Assembly (NCBI RefSeq): GCF_963921235.1
Contig: NC_086109.1
Span: 36,396,001 to 36,460,000, forward strand
DNA length: 64,000 bases
From: Mobula hypostoma
Taxonomy: Eukaryota
Reading direction: 5' to 3'
The translations under genes and the position numbers were made by a program. The notes under the pieces were generated by a model that saw only the letters and a list, made by a program, of their open reading frames with translations, searched no databases and was not told the DNA's origin. Position 1 is the first letter of the stretch; each line of letters begins with the position of its first letter. Shown piece after piece: positions 27,596-37,869 of this stretch.

Positions 27596-29056
27596 AATAG
27601 AAACATAGAAACATAGAAAATAGGTGCAGGAGTAGGCCATTCGGCCCTTCAAGCCTGCACCGCCATTTATTATGATCATGGCTGATCATCCAACTCAGAA
27701 CCCCGCACCAGCCTTCCCTCCATACCCCCTGACCCCCGTAGCCACAAGGGCCATATCTAACTCCCTCTTAAATATAGCCAATGAACTGGCCTCAACAGTT
27801 TCCTGTGGCAGAGAATTCCACAGATTCACCACTCTCTGTGTGAAGAAGTTTTTCCTAATCTCGGTCCTAAAAGGCTTCCCCTCTATCCTCAAACTGTGAC
27901 CCCTCGTTCTGGACTTCCCCAACATCGGGAACAATCTTCCTGCATCTAGCCTGTCCAATCCCTTTAGGATCTTATACGTTTCAATCAGATCCCCCCTCAA
28001 TCTTCTAAATTCCAACGAGTACAAGCCCAGTTCATCCAGTCTTTCTTCATATGAAAGTCCTGCCATCTCAGGAATCAATCTGGTGAACCTTCTTTGTACT
28101 TCCTCTATGGCAAAGATGTCTTTCCTCAGATTAGGGGACCAAAACTGCACACAATACTCCAGGTGTGGTCTCACCAAGGCCTTGTACAACTGCAGTAGTA
28201 CCTCCCTGCTCCTGTACTCGAATCCTCTCGCTATAAATGCCAGCATACCATTCGCCTTTTTCACCGCCTGCTGTACCTGCATGCCCACTTTCAATGACTG
28301 GTGTATAATGACACCCAGATCTCGTTGCACCTCCCCTTTTCCTAATCGGCCACCATTCAGATAATAATCTGTTTTCCTATTTTTGCCACCAAAGTGGATA
28401 ACTTCACATTTATCCACATTAAATTGCATCTGCCATGAATTTGCCCACTCATCCAACCTATCCAAGTCACCCTGCATCCTCTTAGCATCCTCCTCACTGC
28501 TAACACTGCCACCCAGCTTCGTGTCATCCGCAAACTTGGAGATGCTGCATTTAATTCCCTCATCCAAGTCATTAATATATATTGTGAACAACTGGGGTCC
28601 CAGCACTGAGCCTTGCGGTACCCCACTGGTCACCGCCTGCCATTCTGAAAAGGTTCCGTTTATTCCCACTCTTTGCTTCCTGTCTGCTAACCAATTCTCT
28701 ATCCACATCAATACCTTACCCCCAATACCGTGTGCTTTAAGTTTGCACACTAATCTCCTGTGTGGGACCTTGTCAAAAGCCTTTTGAAAATCCAAATATA
28801 CCACATCCACTGGTTCTCCCCTATCCACTCTACTAGTTACATCCTCAAAAAATTCTATGAGGTTCGTCAGACATGATTTTCCTTTCACAAATCCATGCTG
28901 ACTTTGTCCGATCATTTCACCGCTTTCCAAATGTGCTGTTATCACATCCTTGATAACTGACTCCAGCAGTTTCCCCACCACCGACGTTAGGCTAACCGGT
29001 CTATAATTCCCCGGTTTCTCTCTCCCTCCTTTTTTAAAAAGTGGGGTTACATTAGC
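27596..29056 (-). mobile_element. Young 5'-truncated CR1 LINE
   Basis: Uninterrupted RT ORF and an (ATAGAAAC)n tail at ~27596-27620. Confidence 0.93.
27695..28981 (-). CDS. CR1 ORF2 reverse transcriptase domain (5'-truncated, frame intact)
   Basis: 428 aa with QHGF, LDFQKAFDKV, GVPQGSVLGP, FADDTK, LVRPHLEY and FFTQRVVNLWN. Confidence 0.9.
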   Translation of the reverse strand: MVGKLLESVIKDVITAHLESGEMIGQSQHGFVKGKSCLTNLIEFFEDVTSRVDRGEPVDVVYLDFQKAFDKVPHRRLVCKLKAHGIGGKVLMWIENWLADRKQRVGINGTFSEWQAVTSGVPQGSVLGPQLFTIYINDLDEGIKCSISKFADDTKLGGSVSSEEDAKRMQGDLDRLDEWANSWQMQFNVDKCEVIHFGGKNRKTDYYLNGGRLGKGEVQRDLGVIIHQSLKVGMQVQQAVKKANGMLAFIARGFEYRSREVLLQLYKALVRPHLEYCVQFWSPNLRKDIFAIEEVQRRFTRLIPEMAGLSYEERLDELGLYSLEFRRLRGDLIETYKILKGLDRLDAGRLFPMLGKSRTRGHSLRIEGKPFRTEIRKNFFTQRVVNLWNSLPQETVEASSLAIFKRELDMALVATGVRGYGGKAGAGF

Positions 29057-31779
29057 TCACCAAGGCCTCAAGCATCAGTAGTTTTCCTTAGGGAGACATA
29101 GAGCTAGGCTTTTAGATTGATGAGTATCAGAACTTCGTTATTTTATTTTTCCATTTTTGTTGATAAATAGTTTTCAAGTTAAACGTTCAAACTCTGAAGT
29201 TTTTCTGTCATAGGAGCTTCTCTCACTCCTGCAGGTAATGAACTACGTGCAGTGCCTTATCCCTGTCACTGTTGGTGTAGCCGTGGGACATTCGTTATCC
29301 TAATTGATATTCTTTTTAAAGTCCGAGTGGAGCAAAGATGTGACATTTTGTTGTATTTTACTTTGTCAAGATAAAATTATTTTGTCATACTGCAACATTT
29401 TCTGTGTCCCATTTGAACTTGGGCAAAAGAATAATGGCTGAGAAATCCTGCTGTGCACCAAAGGTAAATGCTCAGAAGAATAATTCAGGATCAGTATAAT
29501 GGAAGTGTCAGTGTATCCTGGATTATTGTTACACAATGGATTATTACTAATTAAGCTAACTGTGTTGTTTGAGATGTAATTTAGCATCTTGCTTAGCACA
29601 GCTCTGATTCAGCATTGTAACATGTATATCTTGCACACCGGACATTTTTATTAATAGAATTGTCTAATTAGTGCTAAGTAATGGCAATCATTTCAGGTAA
29701 AGGCTATTAATTTATCAGGGATCTTAACAGTTGGAGGCTTAACCAATTTCCATCCTAGCTCCTGGCAATTCAATCCAACCCAATCCAATCCAATGAAATC
29801 AAATTAAATCAAATAACATGTTCTAATTCACCAACCATTTACTTGTAGTTTTTTTGTTAGATGCCTAGCTTTGAAATATGCAGAACTATTTCTAAGCTGT
29901 TGAAACAGTCTATTTCATTTAAAATATTAAAATAATACAAATATCTGTGACAGGTTTTAGATTGTTTTTATTCTACTTTGCCAATGTAAGGAGAATCATT
30001 TCTGTTAAACACTTTCTTCCCTGTACCTTTGCATTCAGTATCTAAGAATAAACTGTATCACTGTTATCAGCCTTTCAAAAATGACTTGATTGTTTATCGT
30101 TAGATATTGAAACTCACCAAAGGACTCAATAGGTAAGACAAATCAGAAAATATAGGCTACAGATGTTCTCAATCAATTGAGATTGATCATGCTACAGCAT
30201 TGAAACTACAATATAGAACAAAACTACACAGGAACAGGTCCTTCATCCCATTCTGTCTATGCCGACCATGGTGCTAAATTAAAATAATTCCAACTAGACT
30301 GAATTTCTGACCGTACCACCGCTCAATAATCTCCATTTAGGAAAGATCAAATAGTCCACTGATACTCATTGTTTGCTGTCAGTAGTAACTACCACCTATT
30401 TACAGACAATGATATTAAAGACTTGCTGATATACAGCTGTAAAGAAGGACATGGATGGAATGTAATGGAACACACAAGTAGAGACTCTGAAAATCTGAAT
30501 GAACAATGATATGCCAAGTCATAGAAAGTTACAGATATATGCAATTAGTATAGATAGGTATATAAAGGTTGACATGGACATCCTGGGCGGAAAGGTCAGT
30601 CTCTGTGCTATATGACCCTGAATTAAGAACAAAACAATTTAAGATATTATAAGGATCTTCTTATTAGATGCCTATTAACAAAGGTCATTTTTTATTTATT
30701 GACCAGCATAGATCAATGTGTGCAAATTAGAATTGGTAGTTTTTTTTTATTTTGGTTGTCCCTGAACAACCAGCAGGTCAGAAATCTTGCTTCTTTCCAC
30801 AATTGCAGGTCTTCAGCCAAACTAACTATGACACTCTGGTGGGGGTATTCAAGCGGTTTCTTCTCTACTGGTGGTCTGTCCTAACTCTGTCTCTCGGGAA
30901 TCAGAACCAGTTCAGCTCTCCTGATGCTCATCCCTAGCCCAGGTCCAGATGTCCTAAATTGCTCCTTCCATATCTCCTTTGCTGTTGGTCACAATATGTG
31001 GAATTGATTTGCTTCAACTCCTTGATTTTGCTCAGCATTTCTTGTTTAACTAATTCCACTGGACCGATGAGCTAAACATTCCCCTCATTCCTACACTGAA
31101 ATTATACTGCATGCAAGATGATGCCAAGGAATATAAATCGATGCTCTTTTTAAGATGTACTTTTCAGACCTTGCATTGTTTGAATTAATGTCAAAGTGAC
31201 CTTTCAGAAATAATATTTAATCAAAAGCCCCCTTTGATGCTTGGACAAATTTAAAACAACATCAAACAACATTTGTTCATATGAAATTATGACTTCATTC
31301 ACCTCCTAAATCTATACTCCTTCCATAAATATTTTTTTTAATTTTAAATTGCTGGTTTGATGAAGCTGAAAATGCAAGTTATTGATCCTTCCAAAATTAA
31401 ATTCATTTTAGTGTTTGAAATATTGTTATTTATCTAGATCTATTATGTGTCTCAAATTACATAGTTAAACAGTGAATGCATCAGAAGCTGTTAATTGGGC
31501 TTTCAGTGACATAGGCATACTAGGTACAAGTACAACATGACAGTGATTTTTGCACCCTGCTGACCATAGATCCTTGCAGCTGCATTTATAATTCCCATTG
31601 TTGTCTCCTACAGAGCAGTGAGCTACATGAACATACACTGCCCTCAATCCAGTGTGTTTATACTGGCAGCTCGATTGTGACTTCTTCTGGAAGAAGAACA
31701 AACTTAATGGGAATATTTCAATGTCTCTCTGTAATTCACCTGCTATTGTTAAAAGGCCAGCTGTTTTGTTTTCAAGGTG

Positions 31780-32572
31780 TGAGACTAGGAACAGTGAATT
31801 TATTACCGACTACAGGAAGAAACCGGAGGTCCATAAGCCACTCCTTATCATAGAATGGAGGGGATCTGTAACTTTAAGTTTCTTAGCATTATCATATCAG
31901 ACAACCTGCATGTAAGTGCCATCATAAAGAGCAGCTGTACATCCGTAGAAGTCTGTGCAGATCTGGCTTGTCATCTAAAGCTTTTATTAACTTCTACAGA
32001 TGCACAATGGAGAGTATCCTGACTAGTTGCAATACAGCCTGAGATAGAAATAACAACGCCCAAGAACGGAAAAGCCCACAGCCTAGTCAATCACAGGTAA
32101 AGCCCTCCACACCATAGAGAACATTTACAAGGAAGCAGCACCCATCATCAAGAACCCCCACCACCTAGGAAATGCTCATGTCTTTCTGCTGCCATCACCA
32201 CATCACCAGGTTCAGGAACAGTTATTTCTCTTCAACCATCAGGCTCCTAACCCAGGGTGGATAATTTCACTCACCTCAATTCTGAACTGATTCCACAACC
32301 TATGTGTTCACTTTCAAGGATCTCAGTATTATTTATTTATTTATTTATCTATCTGTCTATCTATCAATCATCATCATCATTATTATTTTATTTGCACAGT
32401 TTTTCTTTCTTTGCACATTGGTTGTTTATCAGTCTTTGTTTGTGTGTAACTTCCCATTGATTCTATTGCTATTTCTTTGTTCTACTGTGAATGCCTGTAA
32501 GAAAATGCATCTTAAGGTAGTATATGGCGATATGTACATTCTTTGATGATAACTTTACTGTGAACATTGAAA
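31780..32572 (+). mobile_element. Rex1/Babar-type LINE 3' fragment
   Basis: NFYRCTMESILT motif and a 3' end TTTGATGATAACTTTACTGTGAAC. Confidence 0.7.
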
Positions 32573-33865
32573 TTTAAATTCTACTTCTCTCAGGGGGTGG
32601 TGTGGCATACTTGTGTTGTGCAGCTACTGTTAGTAGTTGAGCTGTTTCATAACAATGGTGTAATGTGTATCGGTAATGGGGCAGTTGTTGAAAGGTGTGA
32701 TTTGATGATATTCTATCACTCTTTACCTCACATGTCAGATCATCTAAACATGTGACATTGCCACAACCATACCTCTGGAGTTTCACTCCCAACCTTGATC
32801 TTGAATGCCCCCCTCCTCCCACCTCTACTTGACAACGGTTCAGGGCGTCCTTGAATTCCTACCGGATCCATCTCATCCTTTGGACTTCATTAACCAGAGC
32901 TGTGTCTGAAAATAGATACACTTTATTTCTTCTGTGTACCACCATGGCTTGAATCACCTTTACAAATCCATGCAACGATTTCAGCACTGGTTTCAGTAAA
33001 TGAGCATTTCTGCTTTACAAAGTGCTGCATGGCTTCTGTCAGTGCTAAATGACAATGAAATTGCCACCCCTATGGACTTCACTAATCAACATCGTGGTCT
33101 GTATGAACTAAACTCTGAAAATAATGTAGAAGCACATATTTGCATCTCACGTTGAGACCAACAGGAATGAGTTGTTCCTTTGTCACATTCTGAACACACA
33201 TTCTTCAGCACATCCTGGTTTAGACTCCCAAAGAATTCATATTACTGTGAGAGAATAATGAAGCTGCCCAGATGATTTATTAGTGATATCTCACTCTGCC
33301 ACATCTCCTAAATGCACTTTGAGAAATCCAGTGCATGACTGGCTTGTAAACAGGAAACAAATCTGGTGTTAGACCTGTCAGATCACTCAGCATGATAACA
33401 AGTGCAATGGTGAGGTCCATGTGTGTGTTATTTCTGCCTTGCACTGCCCTCATCACTTGATGATCAATTACCATTAGTCTGACCTGGCCTTGCACAGACT
33501 CATGTGCATGACTTGTTCTTAGCTTAAAATCTACATAACTCTCACTCAGCTGTACATGGTTGGTGCATTTCTCTGTAGAATTATTGTTTTCACAGACAAC
33601 TGGTCTTTCAAACCAGAGGTTAACAACATTATTAAATTTCAGTTCTTTAGAATGCTCTATAAGTTATGTTAAAATCAATTATATTTCTTCTGTTGGCTCC
33701 AATGATTGTACTCCATAAGATAGTTAATATATTAGGTTTGTAGAGAAAAGTAAACAGATATATATATGTATATTTTACCTTTTTACCTCAGTTCCCCCCA
33801 ACTCTGCTAATGTGTTTTAGCAACCTTGGCCCCTTAGTGATGCTGCCTCATTTGGTTGTATGTTT

Positions 33866-34710
33866 TGTTACGTACCCCGTAACTGGGTTGCCAAACCAGC
33901 AGAAATGGATCACTCAGTTGGAGTCTGGAGTACTAGAACTAAGAAAGTTTTATTAAAGAAACAAGCAACACAGTAATCGAAAGGATAATAAATGCAACAG
34001 TTCAGTGATGATAAACACACATGTGCACAGAATTAAGATAACAGCATCAATCAAGCTCTATCGTTGTCTAGGGGTAAATGACCAAATTTCAAAATGACTC
34101 AAAGTTCAGTTCGCAGTAATCGTTTCCATGGCGATGGACAACGTGGGGGAAGAGAGACAGAGAGAACAGGAACAACTCATCATTCAGCACGGCTTCACTC
34201 ACAGATCAGCGGGATTGCTCACAAACAGCATTTGGGCGGGTCCTTGGTGATGTCACCTGAGGTCACCGACTGTGACCCCTCCTCCAGATGCGGTCGATCC
34301 TCTGCAGTGAACCCGGCACCCAGGCAAGGGCGGACACACACCGGGTTCCCGCTGATCGTACCTTTCCACCCTTGTCGTTGTCTGGTACTTCTCACCCACT
34401 CGTGAGAAGCGCACCGCTTCCAGGGTCTCGTTACCTCGGGTGGCGTGTGTGTCTGTCTTAGCGAACCTGTCCCTTTTTATCCCCCTGCTGGGGTATCGCC
34501 TGTCCATCACTTCAAACAGTTCAGGGTTCAAAGGGGGGAGCCGCTCCAGACAGCTCTCCCTCCCACATCCCTTCATTACACATCTCCAGACGCTGCTCCA
34601 TTGTTCCTTATCTCTCCTTCCCCTGAGGGCAGGTGGCAGACCAACTGCTGATGCCACTGATGCTAGCCCAGGCCAGCAAACATCTTAATTTTATGTGTAT
34701 TCTCGTAACA
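33866..34710 (-). repeat. 3' LTR
   Basis: Direct repeat of 37870-38714 with no difference seen. Minus-strand AATAAA at 33949-33954. Confidence 0.97.
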
Positions 34711-34722
34711 CTTCCCCCCTTT
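34711..34722 (-). promoter_or_regulatory. Polypurine tract
   Basis: AAAGGGGGGAAG on the minus strand, abutting the 3' LTR. Confidence 0.9.
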
Positions 34723-34882
34723 AAGGATTTTTACCGGGAGGTAAAAATTACAAACATGACTACATTATCTGATACATACACAATATACATCTTTAACAGT
34801 TCTTTAGCTAATACAGAGAATTTGAAGCTGTCAACACCTTGACAGACAGTCATCACATTTTCTGTTCCTTTTACACGTGTTA

Positions 34883-37771
34883 TTAATAATCCCTTAGACC
34901 AGGCTCCAACTCAGCAAACTTCATAGTGGCCAAAAACACTGATGAATTGCGACCAATGTAACCTCTCATTTGGTTTTGTCCCGGACCACAACAACAAGGG
35001 TCATCCCATTCCGACTCAATTTTCTCTCGCAAGGGCTTAGTAGGAGGGGGACGGGTATTGACCGCAGAGTTATTGCAAAACTTCCTGCAGTACCCCACCA
35101 TCTCCAAAAGCCTTCTGAGGGCCCTCTTGTCTGTCGGGGTTGGGAGGTCAGCGATAGCCTGCACTGTAGCTTGCATCACTGCCAGCTGCCCCTGTGTCAC
35201 CACAATTCCCAGGTAAGTGACTCCCGTGTGGCCGAATTCACTTTTTTCAAGGTTCACTATCAAACTGGCTTCAGACAGCCGCGTTAAATTGCCAATACAC
35301 ACCTCTGTGTTCATCAGCCCTTTAGTCACTGAATTACTCGAAAAATATGGGTGTTGTTTACTTGGCTGCCCTATTGTAACAGACATAACCCAACGTCCCA
35401 GTTCTTTGCATTTCCTCGGGACAATCAAACACATAGGTGCGAGTCGTTTAATTACTCCTTCGGGGATTAAGGGAGAGACCTTATCAGTAGACCTGGCCAA
35501 AACAATAGCCTTCTCCCATCTGACCGATCCCATCCTAATCTTTTCAAAATGGTTTTTTCCTCTTATCAGGGGGCCCCTAGCTTCATTGATTTCCACGCTA
35601 ACACCGACTAGGTTTGTTAGCTTATCAAAAGCCGGTGACCGTCCCAGTTCGCGTCGGTCATGATCAATAAAATTTTTCCCCCTGGGCAGCCGGTAAATCT
35701 CTTTCATGATTCCACCAACTGTTTCCTCCAGCACCGCAAAATGTCCACCGGGGGGTACCTCGTGGGCCATGTTAAAAACCTCATCCCCATAACTCTTTTG
35801 CACCACCCCCCACTCCTCATCTGCGGATGCTGTACTTGATTTCCCTTTCTTCCTTAGCACTTCCTCATCCGCACAATAGCTTGTCAAGGCTGTGTCAGAG
35901 AGAGCGGTCTCGGCAAAAACCATCAGCCCCTCGTCTCGCTCCTGCGTCTGCACAAATTCTTTCCTGGCTACTGCTACGTCCGTCCCAGCTCCCTCACTAC
36001 CTCTTATCTCACTACACTCTGTCTCATACAAGGTTGGCAGAAATGTTTCAGCCAAATTCACCATCGCGGGCGGGGCCTCCATGCTGGCAGGCTGACCCGT
36101 CAATCTCACGACTGGGAACACGATTCCTCCGGCGATGTCATTACCGAGCAAGACTTCCACGTCTTTCATCGGTAATTCGGACCTCACCCCGATCGTGACT
36201 AGTCCATAGACCAGGTTGCTCTGTAAATGTATCTGGTGCAAAGGGACCGACTCTGTCCCTTCCCCAACACCTTTGACCTCTACCTCCCCAGTCTGGGTCT
36301 CTGAGCTAAACTCTAATACACTCTTCAGTATTAGTGACTGACACGCTCCCGTGTCTCTCCAGATCCGCACTGGAACTGGTTTTAACCTCTTTTTCACTGA
36401 CACCAGTCCGGCCGAGATAAACCTCTCGCGCCCTTCCTGGACTTTTTCAGACCTGTCCTTCCCTAGCGGTTCGCTTAACAGCTCAATACAGCCATTCAAA
36501 ATTTCCGCTTTTCCTTTCCCCGTCTCCTTCCTTGGGGCAAAGCACCTGGACGCAAAGTGTCCGACTTTCCCACAATTATAACAGACGACCCCAGGAGACT
36601 TCCTACCAGACTGCTCCCGGTCTACCTTATCCTTTTCACTAGTCCCCGGCTTACTTTCTGACTTTTCCGGTGGACTCTCCCCGCCGTCCTGACTACCCTT
36701 CTGGTAGCCTTTACTCGGGGCAACCTTCATTTTATGCGTCAACGCATACTCATCCGCTAACTTAGCAGTTGCAGCTAACGTGGCTGCCTCTTTCTCATCG
36801 AGGTAGGGTCTCATACCCTCAGGGACACAACCTTTAAACTGCTCAATCAGAATCAGCTGCAGCAGTCTGTCATAATCCCCCTCTACCCCTTTCGAGGCGC
36901 ACCAACGCTCACAATATGTTTGCATCTCGCGAGCAAACTCCAAATACGTGTGGTCCCACCGCTTCCTCGCATTCCGGAACCTCTGCCGGTATGCCTCCGG
37001 GACCAACTCATAAATCCTGAGGATGGCCTCCTTCACCACCTCATACTTCTGGGCATCTTCCGCGGATAAAGCTGAGTAAGCTTGTTGGGCTTTCCCTTTC
37101 AGTACACTCTGAAGTAAAACAACCCACTTATCCCTCGGCCAGTCCTGACTTATAGCTACTTTTTCGAAGTGGAGAAAGTACCGATCCACATCGGTATCGT
37201 CAAATGGGGGAACCAGCCTAACCTCCTGGGTCGCCCGGAACCCTCCACCTTGATTCGGCACGAGCCCCTGCTCGGCCCTTATCTTTAACTTCTCCAGCTC
37301 GAATTCCCTTTCCCTCTGTTTCTCCTCTCTCTCCAACTGTCTTTCTCTCTCTTGCCTTTCTACCTCTTTCTCTCTCTCCCGCCTTTCTAACTCTCTCTCT
37401 TTCTCCCGCCTTTCTAACTCTCTCTCTCTCTCCCGCCTTTCTAACTCTCTCTCTTTCTCCTGCCTTTCTAACTGCTTCTCTTCGTGTTCTAACTGCCGTA
37501 CCCGGAACTCGTGCTCGAGTCTCAGTTTTTCAAGCTGTACCTGTACCGCGTCTCCAGCAGGTTTTTCAATAGACACCACCCCCAGCTCACCTTGGGGAAA
37601 CACACCTTTAGATACATAGTGCTCTACAATAGCTCTGTGTATCTCCTCTCTCCTCATTGTCGACTTCACCTTAGCAAGATTCACCCGTTTGGCCACAGCT
37701 ATCAATTCCGATTTCCTGGCATCCTCTAATGCCTCCAAGGTCGGCGCCTTTATAAATTCCTCAACCTCCAT
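34883..37771 (-). CDS. Gag (coiled coil, SCAN-like capsid CTD, CCHC) - aspartic protease - truncated IN/RT/RH fusion, 962 aa
   Basis: PEAYRQRFR...LILIEQFK (SCAN-like), CYNCGKVGHFASRC, RDTGA...LLGND, AHEVPPGGH (IN zinc half), KQHPY, NLEKSEFG..VTYLG and LEMVGYCRKF (RT thumb). Confidence 0.92.
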   Translation of the reverse strand: MEVEEFIKAPTLEALEDARKSELIAVAKRVNLAKVKSTMRREEIHRAIVEHYVSKGVFPQGELGVVSIEKPAGDAVQVQLEKLRLEHEFRVRQLEHEEKQLERQEKERELERRERERELERREKERELERREREKEVERQERERQLEREEKQREREFELEKLKIRAEQGLVPNQGGGFRATQEVRLVPPFDDTDVDRYFLHFEKVAISQDWPRDKWVVLLQSVLKGKAQQAYSALSAEDAQKYEVVKEAILRIYELVPEAYRQRFRNARKRWDHTYLEFAREMQTYCERWCASKGVEGDYDRLLQLILIEQFKGCVPEGMRPYLDEKEAATLAATAKLADEYALTHKMKVAPSKGYQKGSQDGGESPPEKSESKPGTSEKDKVDREQSGRKSPGVVCYNCGKVGHFASRCFAPRKETGKGKAEILNGCIELLSEPLGKDRSEKVQEGRERFISAGLVSVKKRLKPVPVRIWRDTGACQSLILKSVLEFSSETQTGEVEVKGVGEGTESVPLHQIHLQSNLVYGLVTIGVRSELPMKDVEVLLGNDIAGGIVFPVVRLTGQPASMEAPPAMVNLAETFLPTLYETECSEIRGSEGAGTDVAVARKEFVQTQERDEGLMVFAETALSDTALTSYCADEEVLRKKGKSSTASADEEWGVVQKSYGDEVFNMAHEVPPGGHFAVLEETVGGIMKEIYRLPRGKNFIDHDRRELGRSPAFDKLTNLVGVSVEINEARGPLIRGKNHFEKIRMGSVRWEKAIVLARSTDKVSPLIPEGVIKRLAPMCLIVPRKCKELGRWVMSVTIGQPSKQHPYFSSNSVTKGLMNTEVCIGNLTRLSEASLIVNLEKSEFGHTGVTYLGIVVTQGQLAVMQATVQAIADLPTPTDKRALRRLLEMVGYCRKFCNNSAVNTRPPPTKPLREKIESEWDDPCCCGPGQNQMRGYIGRNSSVFLATMKFAELEPGLRDY

Positions 37772-37847
37772 TTCTGCTGTTTGTCTTTTCTTTCTTTCGG
37801 GAATTTTAACCCAATCAATTTACTCCGTCCCAAATTTAGCGTTCAAA

Positions 37848-37865
37848 ATCCCGGACGAGCCCCCA
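37848..37865 (-). promoter_or_regulatory. Primer-binding site, tRNA-Pro
   Basis: Minus strand TGGGGGCTCGTCCGGGAT, the canonical 18-nt Pro PBS, 4 nt from the 5' LTR. Confidence 0.95.
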
Positions 37866-37869
37866 CTTA

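Noticed and set aside
28083..28787. Plus-strand ORFs of 93 and 134 aa
   Set aside because: Antisense shadows of the CR1 RT frame.
30790..31790. Possible host exons after acceptor-like sites (~30808 and ~31612)
   Set aside because: The translations match no protein I recognise and there is no convincing donor pairing.
34094..34688. ORFs of 68-134 aa inside the LTRs (repeated at 38098-38692 and 52603-53168)
   Set aside because: No recognisable domains, and the frames are altered in the solo LTR. They recur only because the LTR is repeated.
37310..37500. CRISPR-like repeat array
   Set aside because: Eukaryotic context with no unique spacers; it is a coding minisatellite.
34883..37771. Domesticated host gene (SCAN/Gag-derived)
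   Set aside because: Identical LTRs, TSD, PBS and PPT indicate a recent mobile insertion.
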